Notes under the pieces: model-generated
Seen by the model: the letters and a program-made list of their open reading frames with translations, nothing else
What the model was told of the DNA's origin: nothing
Databases searched by the model: none
NCBI GenBank assembly: GCA_903828695.1
Contig: CAIKNE010000039.1
Coordinates: 14,191 to 78,190 of the forward strand
Length of the DNA stretch: 64,000 nt
Direction of reading: 5' to 3'
DNA from: an uncultured Burkholderiales bacterium
GTDB lineage: Bacteria; Pseudomonadota; Gammaproteobacteria; Burkholderiales; Burkholderiaceae_C
Made by a program: the position numbers and the translations under genes
Part shown: piece after piece, positions 50,397-60,718 of the stretch
Layout: each line of letters begins with the position of its first letter
Position numbering within the stretch: the stretch's first letter is position 1

Positions 50397-50559
50397 AGTA
50401 GTTATGACTAACTTCAGTTAAGGTCTGAGAATACCTCATTTGCGGCTTGTTACGGGATGGGAGGTCATTAAGTATCATTACAATGAGGGCACACTGGCGA
50501 GAGGACTAAAATAACAGGGGTCCACCACAAGCGCAACACTACAGCGGTACCATTAAAAA

Positions 50560-51156
50560 ATGTTAGAACAACGAATAGAGCAACAATTCATAGATAGTGC
50601 GGATTTAAAGTACCAAGCAGCTCAGGTTTTAAATAAACCAATATTGGCTGCGATTCAAGCCATACTGTCTTGTGTAACAAGTGGTGGCAAAGTGCTTGCA
50701 TGCGGAAACGGTGGCTCAGCAGCCGATGCACAGCACTTTGCAGCAGAATTTGTAGGTCGTTTTGAGAGAGAACGACCCGAGCTTGCTGCCATTGCGCTCA
50801 CAACCGATACATCGATTTTGACAGCTATTGGCAATGACTACGACTTTAATCAAATATTTTCAAAACAAGTACGGGCATTAGGCCAGGGCACTGATGTTTT
50901 GCTGGCTATATCAACAAGTGGAAACTCTGCAAATGTCTTGGCCGCTATCAACGCAGCTCATGAGCGCGAGATGACGGTTATTGCTTTGACCGGAAAGAGT
51001 GGGGGCAAAATAGCCAAAGCATTGAAAGAAACGGATGTAAACATTTGCGTTCCAAGCGAGCGCACAGCAAGAATCCAAGAGGTACATCTGTTGGTGTTGC
51101 ACTGCATATGCGACGGGGTAGATTACCAGTTATTAGGTGAGGCGGACAATATATGA
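50560..51156 (+). CDS. gmhA: Phosphoheptose isomerase / DiaA-like SIS protein
   Basis: [30 protein letters not shown]. Confidence 0.9.
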   Translation: MLEQRIEQQFIDSADLKYQAAQVLNKPILAAIQAILSCVTSGGKVLACGNGGSAADAQHFAAEFVGRFERERPELAAIALTTDTSILTAIGNDYDFNQIFSKQVRALGQGTDVLLAISTSGNSANVLAAINAAHEREMTVIALTGKSGGKIAKALKETDVNICVPSERTARIQEVHLLVLHCICDGVDYQLLGEADNI

Positions 51157-51806
51157 TGAAACTAAGAATCGTGACTTTGAAATCAGCTGTGTGCATTTTG
51201 GGATGCACATTACTCTTGAGTGCATGCGCTCCTTTGCTCCTTGGTGGGATGGCGGGTACTGTGGTGGTTGCGACCGATCGTCGTACATCGGGTATACAAC
51301 TAGAGGATGAGGAAATAGAGCTGCGCGCGGCGTCTCGGATCAGGGAAATGTTTGGAGATAGAGTTCACGTTAACGTCAACAGTTTTAATTTACAAGTACT
51401 CTTGACAGGGGAGGTGCCTACGGACCGTGATCGCCAAGCTGTTTATAAAATCGTCTCTGAAGTTGAGAACGTCAGAAAGATACTCAACGAAGTCGTTATT
51501 GGACCCGTATCCAGTTATGCCGACAGATCTCACGATGTACTCTTGTCCAGTAAGGTCAAGGCGGGCATCATTGATGCCAAAGATTTAATGGTAAACACCT
51601 TTAAAATTATTGCAGAGCACGACAACATTTACTTAATGGGTCGAGTAACCCCCAACGAAGCGAACAGAGCCACAGAGATTGCCAGAAACGTAGGCGGTGT
51701 AAAGCAAGTGGTCCGCGTTTTCCAACTCTTAACGGATGATGAGTTGCGGGCGATCAATCCGCCCATCTCTAGTGGAACGCCTCCAAGCGGTCCTGGACCA
51801 AGATAA
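51153..51806 (+). CDS. Dual-BON-domain lipoprotein (YraP/DolP-like)
   Basis: Lipobox LSAC; DRRTSG; two BON repeats. Confidence 0.92.
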   Translation: MMKLRIVTLKSAVCILGCTLLLSACAPLLLGGMAGTVVVATDRRTSGIQLEDEEIELRAASRIREMFGDRVHVNVNSFNLQVLLTGEVPTDRDRQAVYKIVSEVENVRKILNEVVIGPVSSYADRSHDVLLSSKVKAGIIDAKDLMVNTFKIIAEHDNIYLMGRVTPNEANRATEIARNVGGVKQVVRVFQLLTDDELRAINPPISSGTPPSGPGPR

Positions 51807-51823
51807 AGGGTTGTTCTTTCAAG

Positions 51824-51865
51824 ATCATAAAAGGGGCTGATTGATCAATCAGCCCCTTTTATGAT
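51824..51865. terminator. Bidirectional terminator: perfect 42-bp palindrome
   Basis: ATCATAAAAGGGGCTGATTGA|TCAATCAGCCCCTTTTATGAT, between convergent genes. Confidence 0.8.
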
Positions 51866-51948
51866 TGGTGATCCTCTTAACCTAAAGTAGAGGAAGTAAA
51901 CCCCTCGTAGAAGGGCCTAAGAGGCTAAGGGGTTTGAACGGGGCTAAA

Positions 51949-51987
51949 GACATAAGCGCCCGACATAAGTGCCCGACATAAGTGCCC
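51949..51987. repeat. 13-bp tandem repeat, 3 copies
   Basis: GACATAAGCGCCC, GACATAAGTGCCC, GACATAAGTGCCC. Confidence 0.95.
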
Positions 51988-51998
51988 ATAGGAGCTGG

Positions 51999-52913
51999 TT
52001 ATTTAAGTCGTTTGATCAAGCTTGATGTGTCCCAGCGATTACCGCCCATCTTTTGTACGTCAGCATAGAACTGGTCAACCAAAGCGGTTACTGGGACACG
52101 AGCTCCGTTTCTCTTGGCCTCGTCCATTACAAGCCCCAAGTCCTTGCGCATCCAGTCCACCGCAAAGCCAAAGTTAAACTGATCGGCAACCATAGTTTTG
52201 CCGCGGTTATCCATTTGCCAACTTTGGGCCGCACCTTTGCCAATGACGTCCAACACCAGATTCATATCTAGGCCCGCCTGGGATCCAAAAGCGATGCCTT
52301 CACTCAAAGCTTGAACAAGTCCCCCTATACAGATTTGGTTGACCATCTTGGTGAGTTGACCGGCACCGGAATCGCCCATGAGGGTGAAGGCCCTTGAAAA
52401 GGCCATGGCAATCGGCTTGACGGCTTCAAATGGTGTGGATTCACCACCGCACATGACCGTTAGTAATCCGTTTTGAGCGCCTGCTTCACCCCCTGAGACT
52501 GGAGCGTCCACAAAGTGCACGCCTATGTCTTTGGCCGCTGCGTGAATCTCCCTAGCAACATTGGCTGAGGCAGTTGTGTGGTCTACCAGAATAGTCCCCG
52601 CCTTCATGCCTGCTAGAGCACCGTGCTCACCAAAAATAACAGAGCGCAAATCCTCATCATTGCCAACGCAGCAAAAGACAATTTGAGATCCTTGAGCGGC
52701 CTCTTTGGGAGTCGCTGCGGATTTGGGAGATTTAGAGCTCGCAAACTCCGTGGTCCAAGATTTTGCTTTTGCACTAGAGCGGTTGTAAACAGTAACACTA
52801 TGACCTGCACTGGCGAGATGACCTGCCATGGGGTACCCCATAACGCCTAGGCCGATAAATGAAACTTGGGTCGAAGGTGCGGAGTCGTAGGTTTTGGGTT
52901 TGATGCTTGACAT
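51999..52913 (-). CDS. NAD(P)-dependent beta-hydroxyacid dehydrogenase (3-hydroxyisobutyrate / tartronate semialdehyde reductase family)
   Basis: FIGLGVMGYPMAGHL, DAPVSGG, TKMVNQ; start set at ATG 52913. Confidence 0.92.
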   Translation of the reverse strand: MSSIKPKTYDSAPSTQVSFIGLGVMGYPMAGHLASAGHSVTVYNRSSAKAKSWTTEFASSKSPKSAATPKEAAQGSQIVFCCVGNDEDLRSVIFGEHGALAGMKAGTILVDHTTASANVAREIHAAAKDIGVHFVDAPVSGGEAGAQNGLLTVMCGGESTPFEAVKPIAMAFSRAFTLMGDSGAGQLTKMVNQICIGGLVQALSEGIAFGSQAGLDMNLVLDVIGKGAAQSWQMDNRGKTMVADQFNFGFAVDWMRKDLGLVMDEAKRNGARVPVTALVDQFYADVQKMGGNRWDTSSLIKRLK

Positions 52914-53029
52914 AACTAAGTGTGAATGATTTGAAAAACCATAATCATAGAGCCTTATTGAAGGTAATTTCAATAGACATTAACGTCAATGAGAGACAAA
53001 ATCCAAAATGAGGCCAATAGAATACATCC

Positions 53030-53743
53030 ATGACAGAATTATTAGAACTTAATTTAAACGCCGTTAAACAGGAAATCCAAGCGAGCGCGCTTCTCGCTGA
53101 TCGCGACCCTGGAGAGATAACCCTGCTTGCTGTTTCAAAAACAGTAGGGGCACAAAGGGTCAAAGAAATGGCCGCTTTAGGGCAACTCAATTTTGCTGAA
53201 AACTATGTCCAAGAAGGCGTTGAGAAAATTCAAATACTTCAAAATGAGGTTTCAATTCATAATTTGATTTGGCACTTCATCGGACCGTTACAGAGCAATA
53301 AAACCAGACTTGTTGCAGAAAATTTTGATTGGGTGCAAACCATTGATCGACTCAAAATCGCACAAAGACTCAGCGAACAAAGGCCCCGAAATTTAAAACC
53401 CCTGCAGTTGTGTATTCAAGTCAACATCGACGCGGGATCCACCAAATCGGGCGTCAGCCCTGGTGAAGCTTTGGCGCTTGCAAAGGAGGTGATGCAATTG
53501 CCGCATACGGTCTTAAGGGGGCTGATGACAATACCCGATCCGGTGCAGGGTTTAGATGCGCAAATGCAAATTCACACCAAAGCAAGGGATCTCTTTCTAA
53601 GCCTTAAAGAGCAGCTGCAAAACGAACATTTTGATACCCTCTCAATGGGCATGAGTGCGGATATGAGGGCGGCGATTGGCGCCGGCACAACGATGCTCCG
53701 AGTGGGCACAGCACTGTTTGGCGCCCGAAAAAAGCTTACATGA
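53030..53743 (+). CDS. yggS: PLP homeostasis protein
   Basis: LLAVSKT, FAENYVQE, WHFIGPLQSNK, LSMGMSAD, RVGTALFG. Confidence 0.96.
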   Translation: MTELLELNLNAVKQEIQASALLADRDPGEITLLAVSKTVGAQRVKEMAALGQLNFAENYVQEGVEKIQILQNEVSIHNLIWHFIGPLQSNKTRLVAENFDWVQTIDRLKIAQRLSEQRPRNLKPLQLCIQVNIDAGSTKSGVSPGEALALAKEVMQLPHTVLRGLMTIPDPVQGLDAQMQIHTKARDLFLSLKEQLQNEHFDTLSMGMSADMRAAIGAGTTMLRVGTALFGARKKLT

Positions 53744-53815
53744 ACTAAGATTCATCCCCCTTGTGGTGAGAACTTTACAATAGGGTCAAAGTCTCAAGGC
53801 TTGTTTGGGTTCCGC

Positions 53816-55354
53816 CTAGAAGCGGGGTAGCGTTGGGTGTGCAACTTGCCCGTGATGTATGACCTGACGACCATATTCAACACAGCGTTGTAGGGTCGGG
53901 ATGACCTTGCCGGGATTTAAAAGTGATTGTGGATCAAATGCGCGTTTGATACTGAACATTTGCTCCCTCTCCTCGGGTGTAAACTGAACGCACATGCTGT
54001 TTAGTTTTTCCACGCCTACGCCGTGTTCCCCTGTCACCGTTCCACCCATTTGAACACTGGTTTCTAATATATCTGCTCCAAAGAGTTCAGCACGGTGGAG
54101 TTGATCTGGATCATTTGCATCAAACATAATCAGTGGATGCAGGTTGCCGTCCCCAGCGTGGAATACGTTGGCACAACGCAGTTGATATTTTTGCTCCATC
54201 TGCGCAATGGCTTGTAATATATCGGCGAGGCGTTTGCGAGGAATCGTGGAGTCCATGCACATGTAATCAGGACTGATACGGCCACTGGCTGGAAAGGCAT
54301 TCTTACGGCCACTCCAAAAACGCAGTCTCTCCGATTCAGATTGACTGATGAAAATTGCCGTCGCACCACTCTTTTTTAGGACCTCGCTCATGCGCTCTAT
54401 CTCTTCAGCAACCTCCTCACGAGTTCCATCAGATTCACACAACAAAATAGCCTGTGCATTAAGATCGTAGCCAGCGTGCACAAAATCCTCGACTGCAGCG
54501 GTCATGGGCTTATCCATCATCTCCAGTCCAGCCGGAATAATGCCTGCCGCTATGATCGCAGCGACCGCATCGCCAGCCTTTCTAAGATCATCAAAGCTGG
54601 CCATGATGCAGCGCGCCAACTCGGGCTTTGGAGTCAGTTTAACGGTAACTTCAGTGGTGATGGCCAGCATACCCTCGGAGCCAACGACGAGCGGCAACAA
54701 ATCTAGTCCAGGACTATCTAATGCGTCCGAGCCGAACTCAATGGGCTCACCGCTCACAGTAAACCCTTTTACTTTGAGCACGTTGTGAAGGGTCAGCCCG
54801 TACTTTAAACAATGCACGCCACCTGAGTTCTCAGCTACGTTGCCCCCAATCGTACAGGCGATCTGACTCGACGGATCTGGCGCGTAGTACAGCCCGAACT
54901 CAGACACAGCTTCGCTGATACTTAAATTGCGCACGCCGCACTGAACCAATGCAGTTCGACTCACCAAATCAATGTCCAAGATTTGGTTAAACCTGGCCAT
55001 GGATAAGGTGACTCCCTTGATGCTGGGCATAGCACCGCCCGATAGGCCTGTGCCAGCGCCGCGAGCAATCACAGGCACACCCAGCGCGTGACATACCTTT
55101 AAGACGGCTTGAACTTCTTGTGTGGTCCGGGGAATCGCAACACAAAGTGGTCGTTGTCTGTAAGCTGTTAAGCCGTCGCACTCATAAGGTGTTGTATCTT
55201 CGGGTGTGAACAAAATATCTTCTGCAGCAAGCACTCTTGATAAAGCTTGCACAACGCTAGATTGCAACTGCACAGATAGCAACTGCTCTGGGGGCGGGAC
55301 TAAATCAGTCTCAGTCTCATCCAACTCTTCTTCGGTTCCAAATATCAACGACAT
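53816..55354 (-). CDS. glcD: FAD-linked oxidase, GlcD-like (glycolate oxidase subunit)
   Basis: YAPDPSSQIACTIGGNVAENSGGVHCLKYG, FHAGDGNLHP, GEHGVGVEK. Confidence 0.85.
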   Translation of the reverse strand: MSLIFGTEEELDETETDLVPPPEQLLSVQLQSSVVQALSRVLAAEDILFTPEDTTPYECDGLTAYRQRPLCVAIPRTTQEVQAVLKVCHALGVPVIARGAGTGLSGGAMPSIKGVTLSMARFNQILDIDLVSRTALVQCGVRNLSISEAVSEFGLYYAPDPSSQIACTIGGNVAENSGGVHCLKYGLTLHNVLKVKGFTVSGEPIEFGSDALDSPGLDLLPLVVGSEGMLAITTEVTVKLTPKPELARCIMASFDDLRKAGDAVAAIIAAGIIPAGLEMMDKPMTAAVEDFVHAGYDLNAQAILLCESDGTREEVAEEIERMSEVLKKSGATAIFISQSESERLRFWSGRKNAFPASGRISPDYMCMDSTIPRKRLADILQAIAQMEQKYQLRCANVFHAGDGNLHPLIMFDANDPDQLHRAELFGADILETSVQMGGTVTGEHGVGVEKLNSMCVQFTPEEREQMFSIKRAFDPQSLLNPGKVIPTLQRCVEYGRQVIHHGQVAHPTLPRF

Positions 55355-55417
55355 GGCGATTACCTCATATTTGCCGACCAGGGGCGGGGGATTCTTTATT
55401 AAAGTAGGGCCGTTTCC

Positions 55418-56260
55418 TTATTTGAACACAACCGTTTTGTGTCCATTAATGAGAACTCGGTGCTCGCAGTGCCACTTAACGGCGCGGGCCAATACTTGCC
55501 CCTCAGTGTCTCGTCCTATGGCGGTTAAATCATCAACGCTTTTGCTGTGATCAACCCGGGCAACGTCTTGCTCGATGATGGGGCCTTCGTCCAAATCAGC
55601 GGTTACATAATGAGCAGTTGCTCCGATGAGTTTGACCCCTCTGTCATGCGCTTGGTAGTAAGGTTTGGCACCTTTAAAACTGGGTAAAAAGCTGTGGTGG
55701 ATATTTATAGCTCGCCCAGATAACTTACGGCATAAATCGTTCGATAAGATCTGCATATAACGAGCCAAAATAACCAACTCGGTGCCCTCGGACTCAAGAA
55801 TTTCGTACTGACGCGCCTCCGCTTGCTCTTTCGTCGCTTGCGTGACTGCAATGTGATGAAACGGCACGTTATAACTTGCCGCGAGTTGGTAAAAATCTTT
55901 GTGATTACTGATAATGGCTTTAAGGTCAAGTTTTAACAAACCACTCTTCCAGCGAAAGAGAAGATCGTTCAGGCAGTGGCCATCTTTGCTCACAAAAATA
56001 ACTGTCTTCAAAGGGCGCGTTGCATCATGCAGTGTGCATTTCATGTTTTGCTCGGCGGCAAATGCATCAAGTTCGGGTTGAAGTGCGCTGATTTCCCTTG
56101 GACTTGCAAATTGCACACGCATAAAAAACAGGCCCGTGCCCACATCGTTGAACTGAGCCGCCTCTTCGATATTGGCGGTTTGGGACAAAAGAAAAGCCGA
56201 TACAGCGTGGACTATGCCAGGCCGGTCCGGGCAGTGGAGGTTCAAAATGTAAGTATTCAT
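55418..56260 (-). CDS. purU: Formyltetrahydrofolate deformylase
   Basis: ACT domain CPDRPGIV; LARYMQIL, INIHHSFLPSFKGAKPY, GATAHYVT; start set at ATG 56260. Confidence 0.97.
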   Translation of the reverse strand: MNTYILNLHCPDRPGIVHAVSAFLLSQTANIEEAAQFNDVGTGLFFMRVQFASPREISALQPELDAFAAEQNMKCTLHDATRPLKTVIFVSKDGHCLNDLLFRWKSGLLKLDLKAIISNHKDFYQLAASYNVPFHHIAVTQATKEQAEARQYEILESEGTELVILARYMQILSNDLCRKLSGRAINIHHSFLPSFKGAKPYYQAHDRGVKLIGATAHYVTADLDEGPIIEQDVARVDHSKSVDDLTAIGRDTEGQVLARAVKWHCEHRVLINGHKTVVFK

Positions 56261-56484
56261 AGCCTCAATTGTAGGATTAGAAGTAAAAACGTGCACGCAC
56301 AGCATTTTGAGCCGAATAAGGGCGATAATTTTGCTCCTACTGATGTCGTTTTGATTTGGATTTTGCGACTCTTCTCACTTAACGCCTTGGCGCTTCAGTC
56401 CTTTACGGTGAACGACTCGAAGTCCGATCTAAAACGCAATCTAGTAGCGCAAGTTTATAACGTAACCGAATAGAGAGTAATTCG

Positions 56485-57492
56485 ATGAATCGTATCCTGG
56501 TCACTGGGGGAGTTGGTTATATTGGTTCGCACACCTGCGTTGCCCTCTCAGAGGCGGGTTATGCTGTAACCATTATTGATAATCTTTGCAATAGCCGTAT
56601 GGATGTTTTGTCTCGCTTGGAAAAGCTATGCCCTAAAGCGCCAGAATTTATAGAGGGAGACATCAGGGACGCTGGTTTACTGGAGCGCATTTTTGCTGAA
56701 AAAACCTATCATTCGGTCATTCATTTTGCAGGGTTAAAGGCCGTTGGTGAGTCCACTCAAGAGCCCCTCAATTATTATGACAACAATATTTGCGGAACCG
56801 TTGCTTTGCTAAATGCAATGCGTCAATTCGGACCCAAATCGATCGTCTTCTCCTCGAGTGCAACCGTTTACGGCGACCCCCACAGCGTCCCTATAAGGGA
56901 GGACTTTGCGACCTCTGCGACCAACCCCTACGGTAGGTCTAAGCTCATGATTGAGGAGATCTTGGGGGACCTGCACCTAGCGGATCCCATGTGGAAAATA
57001 GCTAGGCTGCGTTATTTCAATCCTGTTGGCGCGCATGAGTCAGGCCTTATTGGTGAGGATCCGCTGGGGGTGCCCAATAATTTAATGCCCTATGTTGCAC
57101 AAGTCGCAACTGGACACAGACCCTATTTGAATGTATGGGGCAACGATTACGAAACACCCGACGGCACGGGGGTGAGAGATTACATACACGTACTAGATTT
57201 GGCTCAGGGGCATTTGGCCGCGCTGCGGTTTTTGGAGGCAAACACAGAAATGATCACGCTCAATTTGGGGACAGGGCGCGGGTACTCTGTTTTGGAGATG
57301 GTTGCAGCGTTTGAGCGAGCCTGTGGGAAACAAATTCCTTACCGCATTGCGCCAAGAAGAAGCGGTGATATCGCCCAGTGTTACGCTGATCCAACGCTTG
57401 CTTGTGAGCTTTTGAATTGGCGCGCAACTCGAGAACTCGATCAAATGTGCGCTGATGCCTGGAGATGGCAAAGTAAGCAGCAAACGCCGTAA
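56485..57492 (+). CDS. galE: UDP-glucose 4-epimerase
   Basis: GGVGYIGSH, FAGLKAVGES, YGRSK, LRYFNPVGAH. Confidence 0.97.
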   Translation: MNRILVTGGVGYIGSHTCVALSEAGYAVTIIDNLCNSRMDVLSRLEKLCPKAPEFIEGDIRDAGLLERIFAEKTYHSVIHFAGLKAVGESTQEPLNYYDNNICGTVALLNAMRQFGPKSIVFSSSATVYGDPHSVPIREDFATSATNPYGRSKLMIEEILGDLHLADPMWKIARLRYFNPVGAHESGLIGEDPLGVPNNLMPYVAQVATGHRPYLNVWGNDYETPDGTGVRDYIHVLDLAQGHLAALRFLEANTEMITLNLGTGRGYSVLEMVAAFERACGKQIPYRIAPRRSGDIAQCYADPTLACELLNWRATRELDQMCADAWRWQSKQQTP

Positions 57493-57681
57493 TTAGAAAA
57501 ACATAAATGATCCTACACCCAGGAGTTGGGACGCGAGCAAGGAACTTAAGTTAATCGTTATGCGTTGAGCGGTTCATCAAGCTCTATGAGGCTATCTTAA
57601 GCTTTATGTTGGGCTTTTTTCACGTTTATATAGGCTGAATATAGTTACTATAATTCTTGAATCAAACAAAAGTATATAAAT

Positions 57682-58746
57682 ATGATCTTAGTGACTGGCG
57701 GAGCTGGCTTTATAGGCTCAAACTTTGTGCTCGATTGGTTGGGCGGGGGACTTGAGCCGGTTGTTAATTTAGATAAATTGACCTACGCCGGTAACCTAGA
57801 GAACCTACAGTCACTGGCGAAAAACAAAAACCATATATTTGTCAGAGGCGATATCGCAGACTCTGAGCTCGTGAGCTCCCTCCTCAATCAGCACAAAATA
57901 AGAGCGGTGGTTAATTTCGCTGCAGAAAGTCATGTTGACAGATCCATACACGGACCCATTGACTTTATTCAAACCAATGTGATGGGCACTTTTAATTTAC
58001 TTGAGTGTTGCCGAAAATACTGGGGCGCTCTAAGTGGCTTAGATAAAGAGCGCTTCAGATTCTTACATGTCTCAACTGATGAAGTGTTTGGCAGCTTGGC
58101 CCGCGACGAGCCCGCATTCACCGAGAATCATCGATATGAGCCCAACAGCCCCTACTCCGCAAGTAAGGCGGCGAGCGATCACCTCGTTAGAGCCTGGCTA
58201 CACACATACGGCATGCCTGTCTTGACAACCAATTGCAGTAACAATTACGGACCCTATCACTTTCCTGAAAAGTTGATTCCACTGGTCATCCACAACGCTT
58301 TGAAGGGTAAGCCGCTCCCCATCTACGGTGACGGCCAACAAATCAGAGACTGGCTTTATGTGAGCGACCACTGCTCAGCTATACGCTGCGTCCTAGAGAA
58401 GGGCGTGCTCGGTGAAACTTACAACATCGGTGGGTGCAACGAGAAAGCTAACCTAGACGTTGTTCACACAATCTGCGACTTACTGGACGCTCAAAAGCCA
58501 AGAGCAGATGGGCGCTCCTACAAAGATCAGATAACCTTCGTCACAGACCGCCCCGGACATGACAAGCGCTATGCGATGGATGCTAGCAAAATAGAGCGAG
58601 AGCTCGGATGGCGTCCAGCGCAAACTTTTGAGAGCGGAATGGCCCAAACCGTTCAGTGGTATCTCGCCAATGAGCAGTGGACTGAAAACGTCACCTCAGG
58701 CGCTTACCGGGAATGGGTTGAAAAACAATATGTAGGCGCAGCCTAA
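57682..58746 (+). CDS. rfbB: dTDP-glucose 4,6-dehydratase
   Basis: [35 protein letters not shown]. Confidence 0.98.
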   Translation: MILVTGGAGFIGSNFVLDWLGGGLEPVVNLDKLTYAGNLENLQSLAKNKNHIFVRGDIADSELVSSLLNQHKIRAVVNFAAESHVDRSIHGPIDFIQTNVMGTFNLLECCRKYWGALSGLDKERFRFLHVSTDEVFGSLARDEPAFTENHRYEPNSPYSASKAASDHLVRAWLHTYGMPVLTTNCSNNYGPYHFPEKLIPLVIHNALKGKPLPIYGDGQQIRDWLYVSDHCSAIRCVLEKGVLGETYNIGGCNEKANLDVVHTICDLLDAQKPRADGRSYKDQITFVTDRPGHDKRYAMDASKIERELGWRPAQTFESGMAQTVQWYLANEQWTENVTSGAYREWVEKQYVGAA

Positions 58747-58763
58747 TCGCTCAAGCACAGCAC

Positions 58764-59696
58764 ATGAGAACGTTACTTTTTGGTAAAGACGGGCAGTTAG
58801 GACGAGAGTTTATCCCCCACCTCAACGTCTTTAGCGAGGTATTGGCGGTCGGGCGCAATGAGTGCGATTTAAGTTGTGAGGAGAACATTCAAGCACTGAT
58901 AGAGCAGTTCAGGCCTGATTTAATTATCAATGCCAGCGCTTACACAGCGGTGGACCAGGCTGAAAAAGATGCCAATACAGCGCTTCAGATCAATGCGCTT
59001 GCCCCTACTGCAATGGCAAAATCAGCGCAGCGTTTGAACTCTGCCATGGTGCATTATTCAACGGACTATGTGTTTGACGGGCTAAAGCAAGGGGCATACG
59101 AAGAACTAGACTCTTGCAATCCACTCTCTGTTTACGGATCGACCAAACTTCAGGGCGAGCACGGTGTGAGTGCGAATTGTGTGCGGCATTTGATTTTTAG
59201 GACATCTTGGGTTTTTAGTGCCCATGGAAGTAATTTTTTGAAAACCATCCTCAAGTTGGCTGCTACAAAGGAAGATCTGAGAGTCATTGACGATCAATGG
59301 GGCGCACCAACGAGCACTGAGCTGATTGTTAGGGTTTCATTGCAAGCGCTGGGAATGAACGCAGTCATCAAGAACAAAGAGCCGCCGGGGGACCAAACGA
59401 TCCAACCGATGCCTCAATGGGGGATATTTAATTTGGTGGCTGGTGGAGAAACAAATTGGCACGCCTACGCGCAGTATGTTGTGAGCCTTGCTCAAGAATT
59501 GGGCATGGGGGACAAATTCTTATTAGACGCAACTAAAATCAATCCAATACCCTCTAAAGACTATCCCCAACTCGCACCTCGCCCCCTCAACTCTAGGCTC
59601 AGTACGAAAAAAATTAGAAAGGCTTTTAATCTGAATATTTCTGATTGGCGAGAAGGTGTGCAAGCGGAGTTGCAAAAAATCAAAATTCAAGGTTGA
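58764..59696 (+). CDS. rfbD: dTDP-4-dehydrorhamnose reductase
   Basis: GKDGQLG, AYTAVDQAE, YSTDYVFDG, YGSTK. Confidence 0.96.
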   Translation: MRTLLFGKDGQLGREFIPHLNVFSEVLAVGRNECDLSCEENIQALIEQFRPDLIINASAYTAVDQAEKDANTALQINALAPTAMAKSAQRLNSAMVHYSTDYVFDGLKQGAYEELDSCNPLSVYGSTKLQGEHGVSANCVRHLIFRTSWVFSAHGSNFLKTILKLAATKEDLRVIDDQWGAPTSTELIVRVSLQALGMNAVIKNKEPPGDQTIQPMPQWGIFNLVAGGETNWHAYAQYVVSLAQELGMGDKFLLDATKINPIPSKDYPQLAPRPLNSRLSTKKIRKAFNLNISDWREGVQAELQKIKIQG

Positions 59697-59842
59697 TCAA
59701 AATGACCCCAGGGATAAAAAAATATTAATGATTCAAGGGTATGAACAATTAACAATTGAAAATTCAAATAGGCCATTGAGACATCAAGAGACTCGCCCAA
59801 CCAAGTTCTAAGAATACTTAAATTTAAAAAAAGACGATACCT

Positions 59843-60712
59843 ATGAAAGCACGTAAAGGAATTATTTTGGCCGGAGGGTCAGGCACAAGGCTTTATCCTG
59901 TAACGCTTGCTGTTTCAAAGCAGTTGATGCCCATTTATGACAAGCCGATGGTGTATTACCCCTTGGCAACTTTGATGCTAGCAGGTATTAAAGACGTTCT
60001 CATTATTTCTACCCCTCAAGATACGCCTCGATTTGCAGATCTTTTAAAAGATGGATCTCAGTGGGGAATGAATATTGAGTATGCAGTTCAACCCAGCCCT
60101 GACGGCTTAGCCCAGGCTTTCATTATTGGGCGTGAGTTTGTAGGAGCCAATCCCAGTGCACTTGTTTTAGGCGACAACATCTTTTACGGACATGAGTTGG
60201 TCAATCAGTTGCAACAGGCCCATGAGCTAGATCAAGGGGCTTGTGTTTTTGCATACCATGTCCAAGATCCAGAGCGCTACGGCGTCGTGGAATTTGATGA
60301 GAATAAAAAAGCCATTTCAATTGAAGAAAAACCCTCTCAACCCAAATCAAATTACGCCGTAACGGGACTGTATTTCTATGATACTCAGGTCTGTGATATT
60401 GCAGCATCGATTAAACCCTCCCCCAGGGGCGAGCTTGAAATCACGGATGTCAATAAACATTACTTGAGCCATCAGCAACTGAGCGTTGAAATTATGGGGC
60501 GTGGCTTCGCTTGGTTGGATACAGGGACACACGACTCTTTATTAGACGCGGCTCAGTTCATTGCGACCATTCAAAGACGCCAAGGACTCATGGTCGCTTG
60601 TCCAGAGGAGATTGCATGGCGTTCCAAGTGGATCAGCACAGAGCAACTGCTTCGCCTCGCGCAGCCCATAGCTAAAAACAGTTATGGTCAATATCTGCAA
60701 AACCTGGTTTGA
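59843..60712 (+). CDS. rfbA: Glucose-1-phosphate thymidylyltransferase
   Basis: [29 protein letters not shown]. Confidence 0.98.
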   Translation: MKARKGIILAGGSGTRLYPVTLAVSKQLMPIYDKPMVYYPLATLMLAGIKDVLIISTPQDTPRFADLLKDGSQWGMNIEYAVQPSPDGLAQAFIIGREFVGANPSALVLGDNIFYGHELVNQLQQAHELDQGACVFAYHVQDPERYGVVEFDENKKAISIEEKPSQPKSNYAVTGLYFYDTQVCDIAASIKPSPRGELEITDVNKHYLSHQQLSVEIMGRGFAWLDTGTHDSLLDAAQFIATIQRRQGLMVACPEEIAWRSKWISTEQLLRLAQPIAKNSYGQYLQNLV

Positions 60713-60718
60713 AAACAT

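Noticed and set aside
49287-50530. GGGGTCCAC(T/C)AC direct repeat on both sides of rsmI
   Set aside because: An 11/12 match is expected by chance given the number of intergenic position pairs; rsmI is a core gene.
51949-51987. Tandem repeat as a mini-CRISPR
   Set aside because: The 13-bp units are contiguous with no spacers, and no cas genes are present.
55976-56473. 165-aa + strand ORF across the purU 5' end and the spacer
   Set aside because: Non-ATG start, mostly antisense to purU, no recognisable protein features.
56261-56484. ZMP/ZTP riboswitch upstream of purU
   Set aside because: The conserved GUGACUGGCG...GCCUGGGC elements are not visible on the minus strand.
57493-57681. JUMPstart/ops element before rfbB
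   Set aside because: No GGCGGTAG ops sequence seen.
59728-59811. 27-aa ORF in the AT-rich rfbD-rfbA spacer
   Set aside because: No strong RBS and no TM or known motif; consistent with a chance ORF.
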